Source: the human T2T-CHM13v2.0 reference genome, Homo sapiens
NCBI RefSeq assembly: GCF_009914755.1
Contig: NC_060933.1
DNA length: 64,000 bases
Strand: one strand, 5' to 3'
Shown here one piece after another: positions 35,883 to 64,000 of the stretch (position 1 is the first letter of the stretch; each line of letters begins with the position of its first letter). The translations under genes and the position numbers were made by a program. The notes beneath the pieces were generated by a model. That model saw nothing but the letters and a program-made list of their open reading frames with translations, did no database searches and was not told where the DNA came from.

Positions 35883-37832
35883 TAAATCTTTTGAGAATCC
35901 AGAGCTTTTCCTATTTTAAAGGATTCTCTCTCGTCATTCTTTCACTCCTTACCACTATAGAGGTGGTCTTAAAATAGATAACAATGTGGGGCATGAACTA
36001 TAGTTGAAGAAAAAAGTTGCCTCTCCCACTTGGTTTTCACACAGAATATAAAAGTACTTGCCTATTTAAAGGAATATCTATGTATATATTATATATGATG
36101 TATATAACATATATAATACACACATATATAATATGTGATGGATACGTGAAAGTTGTTTTGCCCTTCACTGGCATCCCTAGTCAGTAGTTGCTTGGGAATG
36201 ACTTCCCACTGCCCTCTCAGCCACTTCCACTTGGCATTTGCTTTCTAGTATTCCCTTGCATCATTGTTGCAGTTCCTCTTGTTACCTGGAGTTTCTTCTT
36301 TCAACTCAGTAAAATTTCAAGAGTGGTCTGACAAAAAATCCTAACCATTTTTGCTTCTTAAGTATTGTAAATACTGCATCTCCATCTTCGAGTATGGCAG
36401 TTCTCAAACATTTGCTTTTGAGACATTGATGGACCTAAGTTACATGCTTCTGACTCACAGATGTTTGTGATTTCTAAATGACCGCTTCCTTTTTTCCCTA
36501 CTTAGAGCTTAATTTGAGTGTCAGAGATAACTTTCAATCTTCACTTTCATTAAATGTGGAAGAACTTCGGTACTTTTCAAGTAAATCATCTCAACACTTC
36601 ACAGCTCTTCATAATATGTGAAGCTTTGTGGAATAAAGTTGTGTGGAACTTGTTATTGCGGTAGATAAATGGTCACTATTGTAGGAAGACTGGAGGAGTA
36701 CCTATGAATTAGCGAAGGAGTGGATAATCTGGGTTTAAAAAGCCTGTCATAGCAAGCATGAGGAAAGGTGGTTATATGTTACTGTGGATGTAACTTATAG
36801 GGTCTCATGCCGTGATATGCTTAGACATGGTGCTCTTACGACATTTTTTCCTGTCAAATCAAATTTTAAAAAGCACCAGTTGAAACAGTTTGTATTTACT
36901 CCTGACCGTCATTTAGTAGAAACTAACCAGGAGCTGACTGTAGAAATACCCTCAACGTCACTCTGACTCTGGTCCCTCAAACCTAAGTGGAAAAATGTTC
37001 TTTCAATTTCCAGCAGTTTTATCACTTTAACTGCTATCTTCATTTTTGGAAATATGCTACTAGTTAATTTGCATGTTTTATACTGTTAGTTTTTTTTAAT
37101 TATCTTTAAGCACTTTCATTTAAAAATAGTCATAATGTTTGTCAGTTGTATGTTACGCTTTTTCAGCTCCTCCAGAATTAGTAAGGTATTTTGTTTTGGG
37201 TTTTTTTGTGGGGGTGTTGGAGAATGTCAAAATGATGGTGTGAATGCAGTGTTTGCTCCTTGAGTTTTTTGGGGTTTTTTTCCCTCCACGGGAGTTCAAG
37301 ACTAGAGGATGTTCCTTTTTTTTTTTTTTTTTTTAAATCAAGGAAGCAATATTCCCATCCCTATCCTTATCAGGGCTTACTTGCTTACTGACTTGGAATA
37401 CTACTTTGGCTTATTTAGAGTAAGCATGGTAACTTGTGAGGTAGTACATAATTTAATTCCCTGACTGGGAAACTTGTGAAATTCTTGATCCCTTGTTCTA
37501 CTTGACAAATGTGAATACCTGTAGTGTTTGAGATTGTGCTTGTTGGGTTCTTGGACCACCTGAGTTCAAATTACTGATCTAGTAGATTAAAAGTTTTAAA
37601 TTCAGGACATACTTTTATTTCCATTTGGTTGACTTCTCAAATATGATGTTACTGTGTTAGAGTTGTGAATGTTGAAAAGTAATACATATGAAGAGTAGAA
37701 AATGAGCAATTTAAAAATTGATTATGTTTCTGGGAAAGTGATAGTTGTGGCCTGAAAGGAGTTTAGTTTTCTTGTTTCACTGTATCATAGTGAAATTGCC
37801 AACTGAACTTTATAAAGAAACAAAATGGAGAC

Positions 37833-38234
37833 TTAATTTCCTAGGGCTGTTGTACTAATGTACCAAAACCTGGGTGGCTTAAAACAATAGAAATTTACTG
37901 TCTCACAGTTCTAGAGGTCTAGCAAGGTGTCAGCAGGGCCGTCCTCTGATAGCTCTAGGGGGAGAACCCTTTACACTTTGCCGGAAATTTTCTTTCTTGG
38001 CTTATATTAGGTACATCACTCCAGTCACATGGCTGCCTTTTTCCTGTGTCTTCACATTGTCTTCCGGCTGCATCTTTCCAAATGTCCCCTTATTATGAGG
38101 ACACTAGCCATATTGGATTAGGGCCCTAATGACTTTGTTTTAACTTAATTACCTCTCTAAAGACCCTATCTCAAAATGAAGTCACATTCTGAGGTACTGG
38201 GGGTTAGGACTTTAACAAAAAAATTTTGGCAGGG
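37833..38234 (-). mobile_element. MLT1C-like MaLR LTR, with a second fragment at ~38290-38370
   Basis: ctgggtggcttaaaacaatagaaatttactgtctcacagttctag...catattggattagggcc. Confidence 0.7.
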
Positions 38235-38790
38235 ACGCAACTTAGCTCGTAACAGTAGGTTTTACATTTCTTTTGTTAAATTTATTTTCTGATTACCTCT
38301 TTAAAAGACTGTTTCCAAATAAGGTCACATTCTCAAGTACCATGGATTAGGATTTCAACCCATAACCCTTACCAAAATATGGGTGGGTTGCAAATAATTT
38401 ATTCACTATTCTTCCTGGAAGACTTCTTGATAAAACTTGATAATTGCAGATCGATAGAATTAGAGAACTTCAGGCAAGTGGAGTAACATGAGCAAGAATT
38501 AGAATTATCCCTTCTTGTTTTTTTTTCTGCTTGACTTAAAAAATAAAAACCTACTGATAATGCTTTAGAAAGATAACATATTTGACTTAATGTGTTTTTT
38601 AAAAAAGTGAAACACTGAGCTGATGACTTAATGTCTTTATGAAAAATAAGGTCATAAAACAACTTTGAAAATTCACATTTCTTGAAGTTGATTCAAGCAC
38701 TGATTAAACATAAAACTTGAGAAATTAAATCTAGTTTAGAGTTTTTCTGTGTAGGTCATAAGGTCACAGCCACAATGAAACATTTTGGGA

Positions 38791-39411
38791 TTTATTTATT
38801 TATTTGTTTATTTTGAGACAGGGTCTCACTCTGTTGCCCAGACTTGAGTGCAATAGCATGATCATGGCTTACTGTAGCCATGACCTCCTGGGCTAAAGTG
38901 ATCTCCCACCTCAGCCTCCTGAGTAGCTGGGACCACAGGCATGTACAATCACACCCGGCTACGTTTTTTTATTTATTTATTTATTTTTATTTTTTGTAGA
39001 GATGGGGTTACCCATACTGGTCTGGAGCTCCTGGGCTCAAGTGATCCTCCCACCTTGACTTCCCAAAATGTTGGGATTACAGATGTGAGGCCCGGAGCCC
39101 AGCCTCCCCCGCCACCTTTTTTTTTTTCTTTTTTGACAGTCTCCCTCTGTTGCCCAGGTTGGAGTGCAGTGGCGCAATTTCAGCTCACTGCAACCTCCAC
39201 CTCTGGAGTTCAAGAGATTCTCTTGCCTCTGCCTCCTGAGTAGTGGGATTACAGGTGCGTACCACCACGCCCAGCTAATACTTTGTATTTCTAGTAGAGA
39301 CGGGGTTTCACCATGTTGGTCAGCCTGGTCTCAAACTCCTGACCTCGTCATCTGCTCTTTTCGGCCTCCCAAAGTACTGAGATTACAGGCGTGAGCCACC
39401 GCGCCCGGCCC
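38791..39411 (-). mobile_element. Two tandem antisense Alus (38791-39103 AluJ; 39117-39411 AluS)
   Basis: Alu dimers. Confidence 0.88.
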
Positions 39412-39478
39412 ATTTTTTTTGTTTTAATGGCTAGCAGTGTTCTCTGTAGTGAATATGGAGTAATTATTAAGAATTTAT

Positions 39479-39778
39479 GGCCGGGTGCGGTGGCTCACGC
39501 TGTAATCCCAGCACTTTGGGAGGTCGAGGTGGGTGGATCACGAGGTCAGGAGATCAAGACCATCCTGGCAAACACGGTGAAACCCCGTCTCTACTAAAAA
39601 TACAAAAAAAAATTAGCCGGGCATGATGACGGGCACCTGTAGTCCCAGCTACTTCAGGGAGGCTGAGGCAGGAGAATGGTGTGAACCCGGGAGGAGGCGC
39701 TTGCAGTGAGCCAAGATCGTGCCACTGCCCTCCAGCCTGGGCGACAGAGTGAGACACCGTCTCAAAAAAAAAAAAAAA
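39479..39778 (+). mobile_element. AluY-like, 190 bp upstream of exon 2
   Basis: gagatcaagaccatcctggc, gaatggtgtgaacccggg. Confidence 0.9.
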
Positions 39779-39968
39779 GAGAGAGAGAGAATGTATTGGG
39801 GTCCAGAGAAGACACTGACATCAGAGGCCATTAAGTATTAAGAATGGTTTTAAAATCTCTAAACTGTAGTGCTATGGATTTTAAGTTTGGCTAGGACATT
39901 TGAGCAACTAAAAATGTAGTAAGATACATTTTAGAGAAGCATTTCACTATTCTTTCTTTATTTTCTAG

Positions 39969-40199
39969 TTGGAAAATGGATATACCTTATTTGATTATGA
40001 TGTTGGACTGAATGATATAATTCAGCTGCTAGTTCGCCCAGACCCTGATCATCTTCCTGGCACATCTACACAGATTGAGGCTAAACCCTGTTCTAATAGT
40101 CCACCTAAAGTAAAGAAAGCTCCGAGGGTAGGACCTTCCAATCAGCCATCTACATCAGCTCGTGCCCGTCTTATTGATCCTGGCTTTGGAATATATAAG
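39969..40199 (+). CDS. UHRF2: UHRF2 coding exon 2 (UBL C-part, linker, start of tandem Tudor)
   Basis: Acceptor ttctttctttattttctag|TTG, donor AAG|GTATGT; 231 nt, phase 0-0; LENGYTLFDYDVGLNDIIQLLVR completes the UBL fold, then ...ARLIDPGFGIYK. Confidence 0.97.
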
Positions 40200-40463
40200 G
40201 TATGTTGTTTTCTTCAGACTTACTGTTGTGAGAATACAAATAAATTTATTTTCTGTTCAGGATGTTTTGAATAAGTAAACATTGATTGCCATTTGAAAGT
40301 AAAGATTGGGATGTTAATATCATAACTTTTAAAAGTAGTCTTTTAAAAATTGATATGAAATACGTAGACAAATGTACAAGATGTATATGTACAGTTTAAA
40401 GAGCAATAAAGGAAATACTTGTGTAATTGCACCAAGGTTAAGAAGTAGATTGATTTAAAATAC

Positions 40464-40774
40464 TTTTTGTTTGTTTGTTTGTTTTTGATAACGGAGGCTT
40501 GCTCTGTCACCCAGGCTGGAGTGCAGTGGCGCACGCAATCTTGGCTCGCTATGACCTCTGCCTCCCAGGTTCAAGCAAATCTCCTGCCTTAGTCTCCTGA
40601 TTAGCTGGGATTACAGACGTGCACCACCACGCCCGGCTAATTTTTGTATTTTTAGTAGAAACAGGGTTTCACCATGTAGGCCAGGCTAGTCTCGAACTCC
40701 TGACCTCAGGTGGTCCGCCCACCTCAGCCTCCCAAAGTGCTGGAATTACCGGGGTGAGCCACCTCGCCCAGCCT
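40464..40774 (-). mobile_element. AluS, ~265 bp downstream of exon 2
   Basis: Antisense Alu dimer. Confidence 0.9.
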
Positions 40775-40949
40775 TAAATACCTGTTTAAAGCCTCGTGTG
40801 TGTCCCTATCAGAACACTTCTCTCTGTGTCTCCCTAAGAGGTAAACTGCTTATTCTTTTATACTCTTTTTGTTTTTTATTTTTGCTACTTACGTATATTT
40901 CTCTAGGCAGTATGTTTTGTCTGTATTTGAATTTTATATAATGGAATTC

Positions 40950-45000
<4,051 letters not shown>

Positions 45001-45800
45001 TTACTTTTCATCTTTGGCCAGAGTTTAGAAGCTGCTGCTTTTGAATTGATTGTTTGGGCATTGACAGGATGGATTTGCTTTCAAAGGAGGGCCAGTTTAT
45101 GTATCTGCACATCTGAGATTAATCAAAGTTCAGCAGTTTGGGTCAACTTAAATTTCTGTTTAGCAAACTTCTCAATACTCCACTATTCCTTCCTCTTCCC
45201 TCCCCAATCGAATTCGGAAGAGCATCAGGAGAAATTACTTCTCTCAGGAGGTCTTTGCTTTTTATTTTCAGTGTTAGTGCTTTGGCTGTGAACTACAGAA
45301 TTTAAACTCTATTTGACATCTCTTCTATTTCCTATTACTATGTGGTATAGATGTTAAAGACTTGAGCTTTGCCAGGAGACCTGGTTTCAAATTTCAGTTC
45401 AGCTGCTGCTTGGTTATACAAATTGGCAAGTAAATCTTACATTAAGGTTCCCTTTCCCCATTTAGGAGCACATTGGAATCTAGTAATAAAATTCTCAGAA
45501 GGTTGCTGTTCATACAATAATAAATTTAGAGCTGTTTAATCTTAGTTGAAGCTACTGTAGATTTATTTACTTTTTGGGGGATGAACCTTAGTAATTGTCA
45601 TAGGTATTTGAAATTTTGACTGGTGCCTTTATATTTTTCAGATAGAAGTACATATTTCTGGATAGCTCATTCCATAAATAGGTGGATATCTAGCATATGT
45701 TTGTAATCGGTATTCTGCCTTCACAGAATTTTTATCACATACTGACTTGTTGACTAAACTGAAAACCATTTAGAAGCTGCTACTTTTGAAATGATTTGCT

Positions 45801-46750
45801 TTATTTTTATTTTATTTTATTTTTGAGATGGAATCTCTCTTTGTTGCCCAGGCTGGAGTGCAGTGAGCCATCTCAGCTCACTGCAACCTCTGCCTCCTGG
45901 GTTCAAGCGATTCTACTGCTTCAGTCTCTTGAGTAGTTGGGATTACAGGCACCCGCCACCATGCCCAGCTAATTTTTGTACTTTCAGTAGAGACAAGATT
46001 TCACCATGTTGGCTAGGCTGGTCTTGAACTCCTGACCTCAGGTGATCACCTGCCTCGGCCTCCCAAAGTGCTGGGATTATAGGCATGAGCCACTGTGCCT
46101 GGCTTGAATTAGTTTGTTTTATATTTGCATTGGGTTTTTTGTATTTCCCATAGTGCAAGTCTGAGTAGTTAATATATAAAAACTTTTAAGTTGATTATAA
46201 GTCACTTAAAAATTGGGCGTTGTATTGCTTTTGTCTTGAATTCTTGGTTATGCCACTTGGTAAATATTTTTTTTTATACATGTAGAGCTTTCTATAGTTG
46301 AAATTGCTTTATGGATGAGCAAACATTTTTGGACTTTTCCTTCTGACTGAAATATTCTTTGAACATCATGATAAGCAGGTACAAAAGATGAATTTTCAAA
46401 TTAACTTTATTCAAAACTGGCATAGGTAAACATTTAAACAGTATGTTAAGATGAAATTTTAGGCCAGGCACAGTGGCTCACACCTGTAATCCCAGCACTT
46501 TGGGAGGTCGAGGCAGGCAGAGCACCTGAGGTCAGGCTTTTGCAACCATCCTGGCCAACATGGTGAAACTCCGTCTCTACTGAAAATAAAAAAATTAGCT
46601 GGCTGTGGTGGCGTACGACTAATCCCAGCTACTTGGGAGGCTGAGACGGGAGAATCACTTGAACCCAGGAGGTGGAGGTTTCAGTGAGCTTAGACCGCGC
46701 CACTGCACTCCTGCCTGGGTGACAGAGCAAGACCCCATCTCAAAAAAAAG
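45801..46750. mobile_element. AluS (-) 45801-46104 and AluS (+) 46462-46750
   Basis: Alu dimers. Confidence 0.88.
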
Positions 46751-47589
46751 AAATTTTAATCTGAAGTTATTTATTGCTCAATATCATTATTTTGCTCTGT
46801 TTGATAACTGAGCAATATTTAACCAGTTTCAGATATTTTCATATGTTATTGCAAGAAACTAGATACCACTACTACATATGGAGAGCCTATGAAAGATTGT
46901 ACAGAGGCTGGGTCCATCCATTCACATTATATGTGCATTTAACATAAATTGAATCACACTGGGTCTAGATTGGGAACTAATTTTCTGAAGCAAGATGGAC
47001 ATTCGAACCTAAGTTCGTTTTAATTTTGGTTTTTGTGTATGGAAGCTTTTTATGATGCCAGAAAGATCGTACTTTCAAGTGGCTGTCATCCTGGACTAAA
47101 TAATGACTGTTTAGAATGATGATGGTAAGCCTTTACAGTTTAGCTGAGCATGTGGCACTGTTAAACTTCTTACATGTTTTCTTATGCTCATTGTATAATA
47201 GAAAGTACTGGAAAGAGGAGAATTATCATTGATAACTTCTTATTTCTTTTGTCCACAGTACAGTTCTTGATGTTTAACCTTTTTGATTATGAAATGTATT
47301 AGACAATACAAAGAGCACGATCACTGTCTATAAACACCATCCAAGTTATGAAATAGAATAACAATACTCCCAGGAACTTACCAGGTGCCTCCTCCTGATT
47401 ATAACTCCCTCTTCCCTAGTTGTAACTGCTACCCAGACTTCTATGGTAATCATTTCTTTGTTCTTTACTAACTTTCTTATTAATATTAACCTTTAACAAC
47501 CTATTAATAATCTTTAACTTATTTATGCAACCCTAATCCCTAATTTTCTGGTTTCTGAACTTTATGTAAATGGAACCATATTGCTTTTG

Positions 47590-48295
<706 letters not shown>

Positions 48296-48469
48296 TTAAC
48301 TCCCACATTTTTTACCTGTGTATCTCTTGAGCAAATGTATTTCATGTCTGGACCTCATTAGAAAATGGGAATTATTTTGTATTATAATTAAAGGAGGTAA
48401 AGTATGTAATGGTAAACAGCTAATGTTTACCAGCAGTATGGTAATAAGACTGTACTCTGAGGTTTTGTG

Positions 48470-49368
<899 letters not shown>

Positions 49369-49497
49369 CTTAATGTGGCTATATCTTTGATGTGAATGAA
49401 TGCAGCTCTTAAGTGTAGAATTATGTGGTTGGCTTAAACTTTTTTTTAGCTTTTTAGTTCAACTCCTCTCCTCCCCATATTAATCTTTTAAAAATAA

Positions 49498-50000
49498 TTG
49501 TATATTTTATGATGTTTTGACATCTTTGGGGGCCTTACTGGCTGAGGAGAGACTGCCCTTTTTCCTAGAGCTAGCTTATTCCTAGAGATAGTAAACAGCT
49601 GATCAGTGAGCCTGCCTTTTATATACAAAAACATGTAATCCCGAGTCCATGCACTTAACTACCTCCCTTATCTAACTCTTAAACACCAAGCCAATATTCC
49701 GCCCTGATCACCCACAGCCAGGTACCAAACAACTAGAGGCCACCCCTACAATCCAAAGCCCACTGACATTATTCAAACTAGCCATCTTGTTTCCCCTGCC
49801 TTGCCTTTCCCATGGAAAACACAATAAAGGCTCTGGGCCCTAATTTTCCCCTGTTCCCTCTGCCTCCTGACCAAACCTAGTGCTTTCCTGTATTTCCCCT
49901 TCTCTTGGGGAATGAGTAATTCTTCTTTCAGTGGCATTGGCTTCTCCATGTTGTCACTTAGTTACATCAATAAATTAAAATCTCATGAGTATAATTCAGA
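49498..50000 (+). mobile_element. MER74/LTR47-family ERVL solo LTR, sense to UHRF2
   Basis: ttttgacatctttgggggcctt...gagactgccc...ttcctagagatagtaaac...aataaaggctct. Confidence 0.6.
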
Positions 50001-50383
50001 TGCTCCCACATAGGCAAATTCTGTTTTCCTCTTTTGTCTGCTATTTTGCTACTCCTTTAGCTAATTACTTCAGTTCTTAATTTGTACTAGATTACTTAGT
50101 TACCATGGCAGGATCTTCTGTGTTCATATTAATCATACAGGCCTAAGTATTTTTCCTCTGAACTGCCTTTAAAATCCAGGCTTTATAACACAGCTTTAAC
50201 ATCTTGCATGCATCTTGGCCTATTCAAATTTTGCTTGACTTAGTATGTCTATCCAATGTGCAGAAAGTTTTGAATTTAAGAGCATTTCTGTCCCCACCCA
50301 GTTTATGTGCATTTCTGTGAGTGCTTACTCACAGCAATACTTAGTAGGGTACTTACTATATTTAGTAGGATAATCCTTTTTTT

Positions 50384-52191
<1,808 letters not shown>

Positions 52192-52971
52192 TGATCTTTT
52201 AAACAGCGTTTAAAAGGAGAGGATTTGTTTTTTAAACCTTTCATTTCATAACTCTTAATTCTCTGATACACCTGTTTTTTAATACTCCTTCCTTTTGTCA
52301 GATTGCATGGGTTAGTTGTGGATCAGCCACTGGAATTGACTACCTCCATTTTGTGTCTTACGCCCTGTTCATTTTTATATTTTATCTTTGTTCTTTGAGG
52401 TGGTAGATAAATGTATTTGCCTAGTGAGTTACTAACTAGTGATCGAACTTCACCATTTTGTATAGATGGGTTCATTAGACTCTTTTTTTTATTGTGCATA
52501 ATTCTCTCATTTTCAAGTTTTGTTTTCTTTTTAATACTTTACTGTTTTCTGGTTGGACTGTGTAAGTTATCTTTAGGATTATGAAGAAATTAATGGAACA
52601 GATTAGTCATATTAGCTTAAAGTCCTGGCTTTTCATTAGTGTCATTCTTACTGGATGACTTGCAAGAATGACTCTTAGGTACAAAAGAATAATATTTTCA
52701 AAAGTCTAGTGTATACGTCAGTAAGGCGTAAAGAAAACACCTATTTCATTGAAGGAAATGAGGAAGAAAGTTAGTTTTCATCTTAGTCAATAGATTTAAG
52801 ATAGCACAAATCAGAAAGAATAGTTTTGATCTAATCTTATTAACCACTTTAAACATGAGTAGCTGCAAATATTGTTTACCATGATAACCCACAAATAACT
52901 TGAGTTACATTAAGGTTTTTGAAGCAGTAGACAAAATTAAGCTTCATTAACTGATTTTAAACTTTTTTTAG

Positions 52972-53231
52972 GTAAATGAATTGGTGGATGCCAGAGATGT
53001 CGGCCTTGGTGCTTGGTTTGAAGCACACATACATAGTGTTACTAGAGCTTCTGATGGACAGTCACGTGGCAAAACTCCACTGAAGAATGGCAGTTCTTGT
53101 AAAAGGACTAATGGAAATATAAAGCATAAATCCAAAGAGAACACAAATAAATTGGACAGTGTACCCTCTACGTCTAATTCAGACTGTGTTGCTGCTGATG
53201 AAGACGTTATTTACCATATCCAGTATGATGA
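52972..53231 (+). CDS. UHRF2: UHRF2 coding exon 3 (tandem Tudor domain N-part with basic insertion)
   Basis: Acceptor acttttttttag|GTA, donor GA|GTAAGT; 260 nt; VNELVDARDVGLGAWFEA...EDVIYHIQYDE matches the UHRF tandem Tudor; in frame with exon 2. Confidence 0.96.
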
Positions 53232-53507
53232 GTAAGTGCTCAAGCTATTGAGGACTTTATTCATATTTTCATTTGTAGAAACCAAAGCCTTCTATTTCAA
53301 GATTATTTTAAATAGTCTTTCTGAAGAAATCCTTTAGAGGTTATGTTCATTTGTTACTTTTTGGTTTTGGTGGTTGTACTCTAATTTAAAGGTCCTTTTA
53401 GCTCTCGATTATCTCTGGTTCTTAAGTGGTTTATTTTTTAGTATCACAATACTGGCTTAATTTAGGGTGTATGGGTTTCTGTTTGTCTTTTTCTCTATTA
53501 GGTGGGC

Positions 53508-55003
<1,496 letters not shown>

Positions 55004-56282
55004 TAAGAACTTGTCTTGAGGGTTTAGATTCTGACAGTAAACTATTGTCTTTATCCATTTAAAAAATTGTAGTACGAAAGTTACTGTTGGGACAGATTTA
55101 GTATATTAAACACACTAAATGACCTTAAGTCACTAATCAAGTAATACATTAATATGTATGGAAAATATTATGCTACCAAATTCTTAACAAGTACGAGTTA
55201 GAAATCCTAGAACGCTTATTATTTTTCATACCACAAAACAGTATAACAACACTTCAGTATTCAGATTTCCAGGATATCTGGAAATGAATCAAAAGTAGAT
55301 CCCTTTAATCTTTACTTTTCTGGTACTTATTGTGGTTGTGGCTAAGCGGCCAACACTGCTTACTTGACATGATAGATGGTAATAGTACCAACGATTATCT
55401 GAGTATTTAGATCTGAGATTGGCCAGAACTGAACTGAGGCTGGGGTAGAAAGGGGTTGAAGTTGGTGTATTAATAGTAAGTGGTCTCTGGGTTTATAAAT
55501 GCTGTGTCAAAACAGGTAAATAAGTAGAATGTTTTAAGTTCTTGAGATTTGTTGTGGAAAGGGGAGAAACAATTAGGAAAACTACTACCTTGAATCTGAT
55601 TCTGGCCAATAAGAGTTATTGTTTGGCAAATAATATTATGCAGAATGGCACAACATAGACATAGAATAAGGAACTTTAAATAGTGAACTAAGGCTTATTA
55701 AATTTTACAGTTTTAGGGGCTCTTAAAGTTGCTTTTGAAGTAAGACTATCCAATGGATAGGACCTACCCTTCAGTTTGGTGTATCTTAGAGCACAAAACA
55801 CAGTACCTTAGCATATATTTGGCAACTTTTTTTGTCAGTTAGAATGAATGTTAAGTAAAGGGGAATCTAAATCCAACATGTGTGAAAAGACTAAAATTAC
55901 CTGCCCTAAATAATTTTACGTGATGGAATTAAATGTTTCAATGCTGGCAACTTAAAGATACGATAGCTGAACTTTCTTTGAAAAATGAAAGATAACAGAA
56001 GCTTAGTAACAGGTAAATGTCACCTCTTTAAAAAGAGGAAAGGACTATATAAAATATGAGATGTATAACATAAATAAGCTCCTGGATAAAAGAATCATTA
56101 TGAGCCCGATATGGTTGTGATACAAAGCATGTTAAAGTTTCATTCTTTGTGATCATTAGAAAAATGAATTATAAAATATAATGAAGTACATGTTGATTTC
56201 AGTAAGTCATCAAACAAGTTCTTCTTTGAATGGAGGATGCATTGAAGAAAGCTGGTATAGCCTAACAGTAGTAATAAGCAGA

Positions 56283-63960
<7,678 letters not shown>

Positions 63961-64000
63961 AGGAATCTGCTTTTCAAAGAGGTACCACGCTGGCCATTAA

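Noticed and set aside
39779-39845. Possible 3' transduction after the AluY (tattaagaat recurs ~55 bp downstream)
   Set aside because: An alternative TSD (agaatttat/agaatgtat) directly follows the tail and there is no second A-tail; ambiguous

Overview
Human-type (primate) genomic DNA containing the 5' end of UHRF2 (ubiquitin-like with PHD and RING finger domains 2) on the + strand: a CpG-island promoter (~31.4-33.3 kb) and coding exons 1-3 (32547-32699, 39969-40199, 52972-53231), encoding the UBL domain and the first half of the tandem Tudor domain. The gene continues beyond the window. The upstream 31 kb is intergenic and transposon-dominated: an old L1MA-type LINE hosting a MER61-type provirus and a younger antisense L1PA, plus MaLR/ERV LTRs, DNA-transposon MITEs and many Alus. 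Almost all other ORFs in the track are Alu/L1 or GC-rich artefacts. I found no new multi-gene system. The observations most worth following up are: a ~200-bp template-switch inverted duplication inside an MLT1B LTR, two further apparent templated insertions, a near-perfect young AluYd8 in intron 1, a recursive-splice-like AG|GTAAAT at the exon 3 acceptor, an Alu arrangement predicting exon 2 and exon 2-3 circRNAs, two uORFs (one in frame with the UHRF2 CDS), and a 16-bp palindromic TCTCGCGAGA promoter element. Repeat subfamily names come from remembered consensus sequences, and repeat boundaries are approximate.
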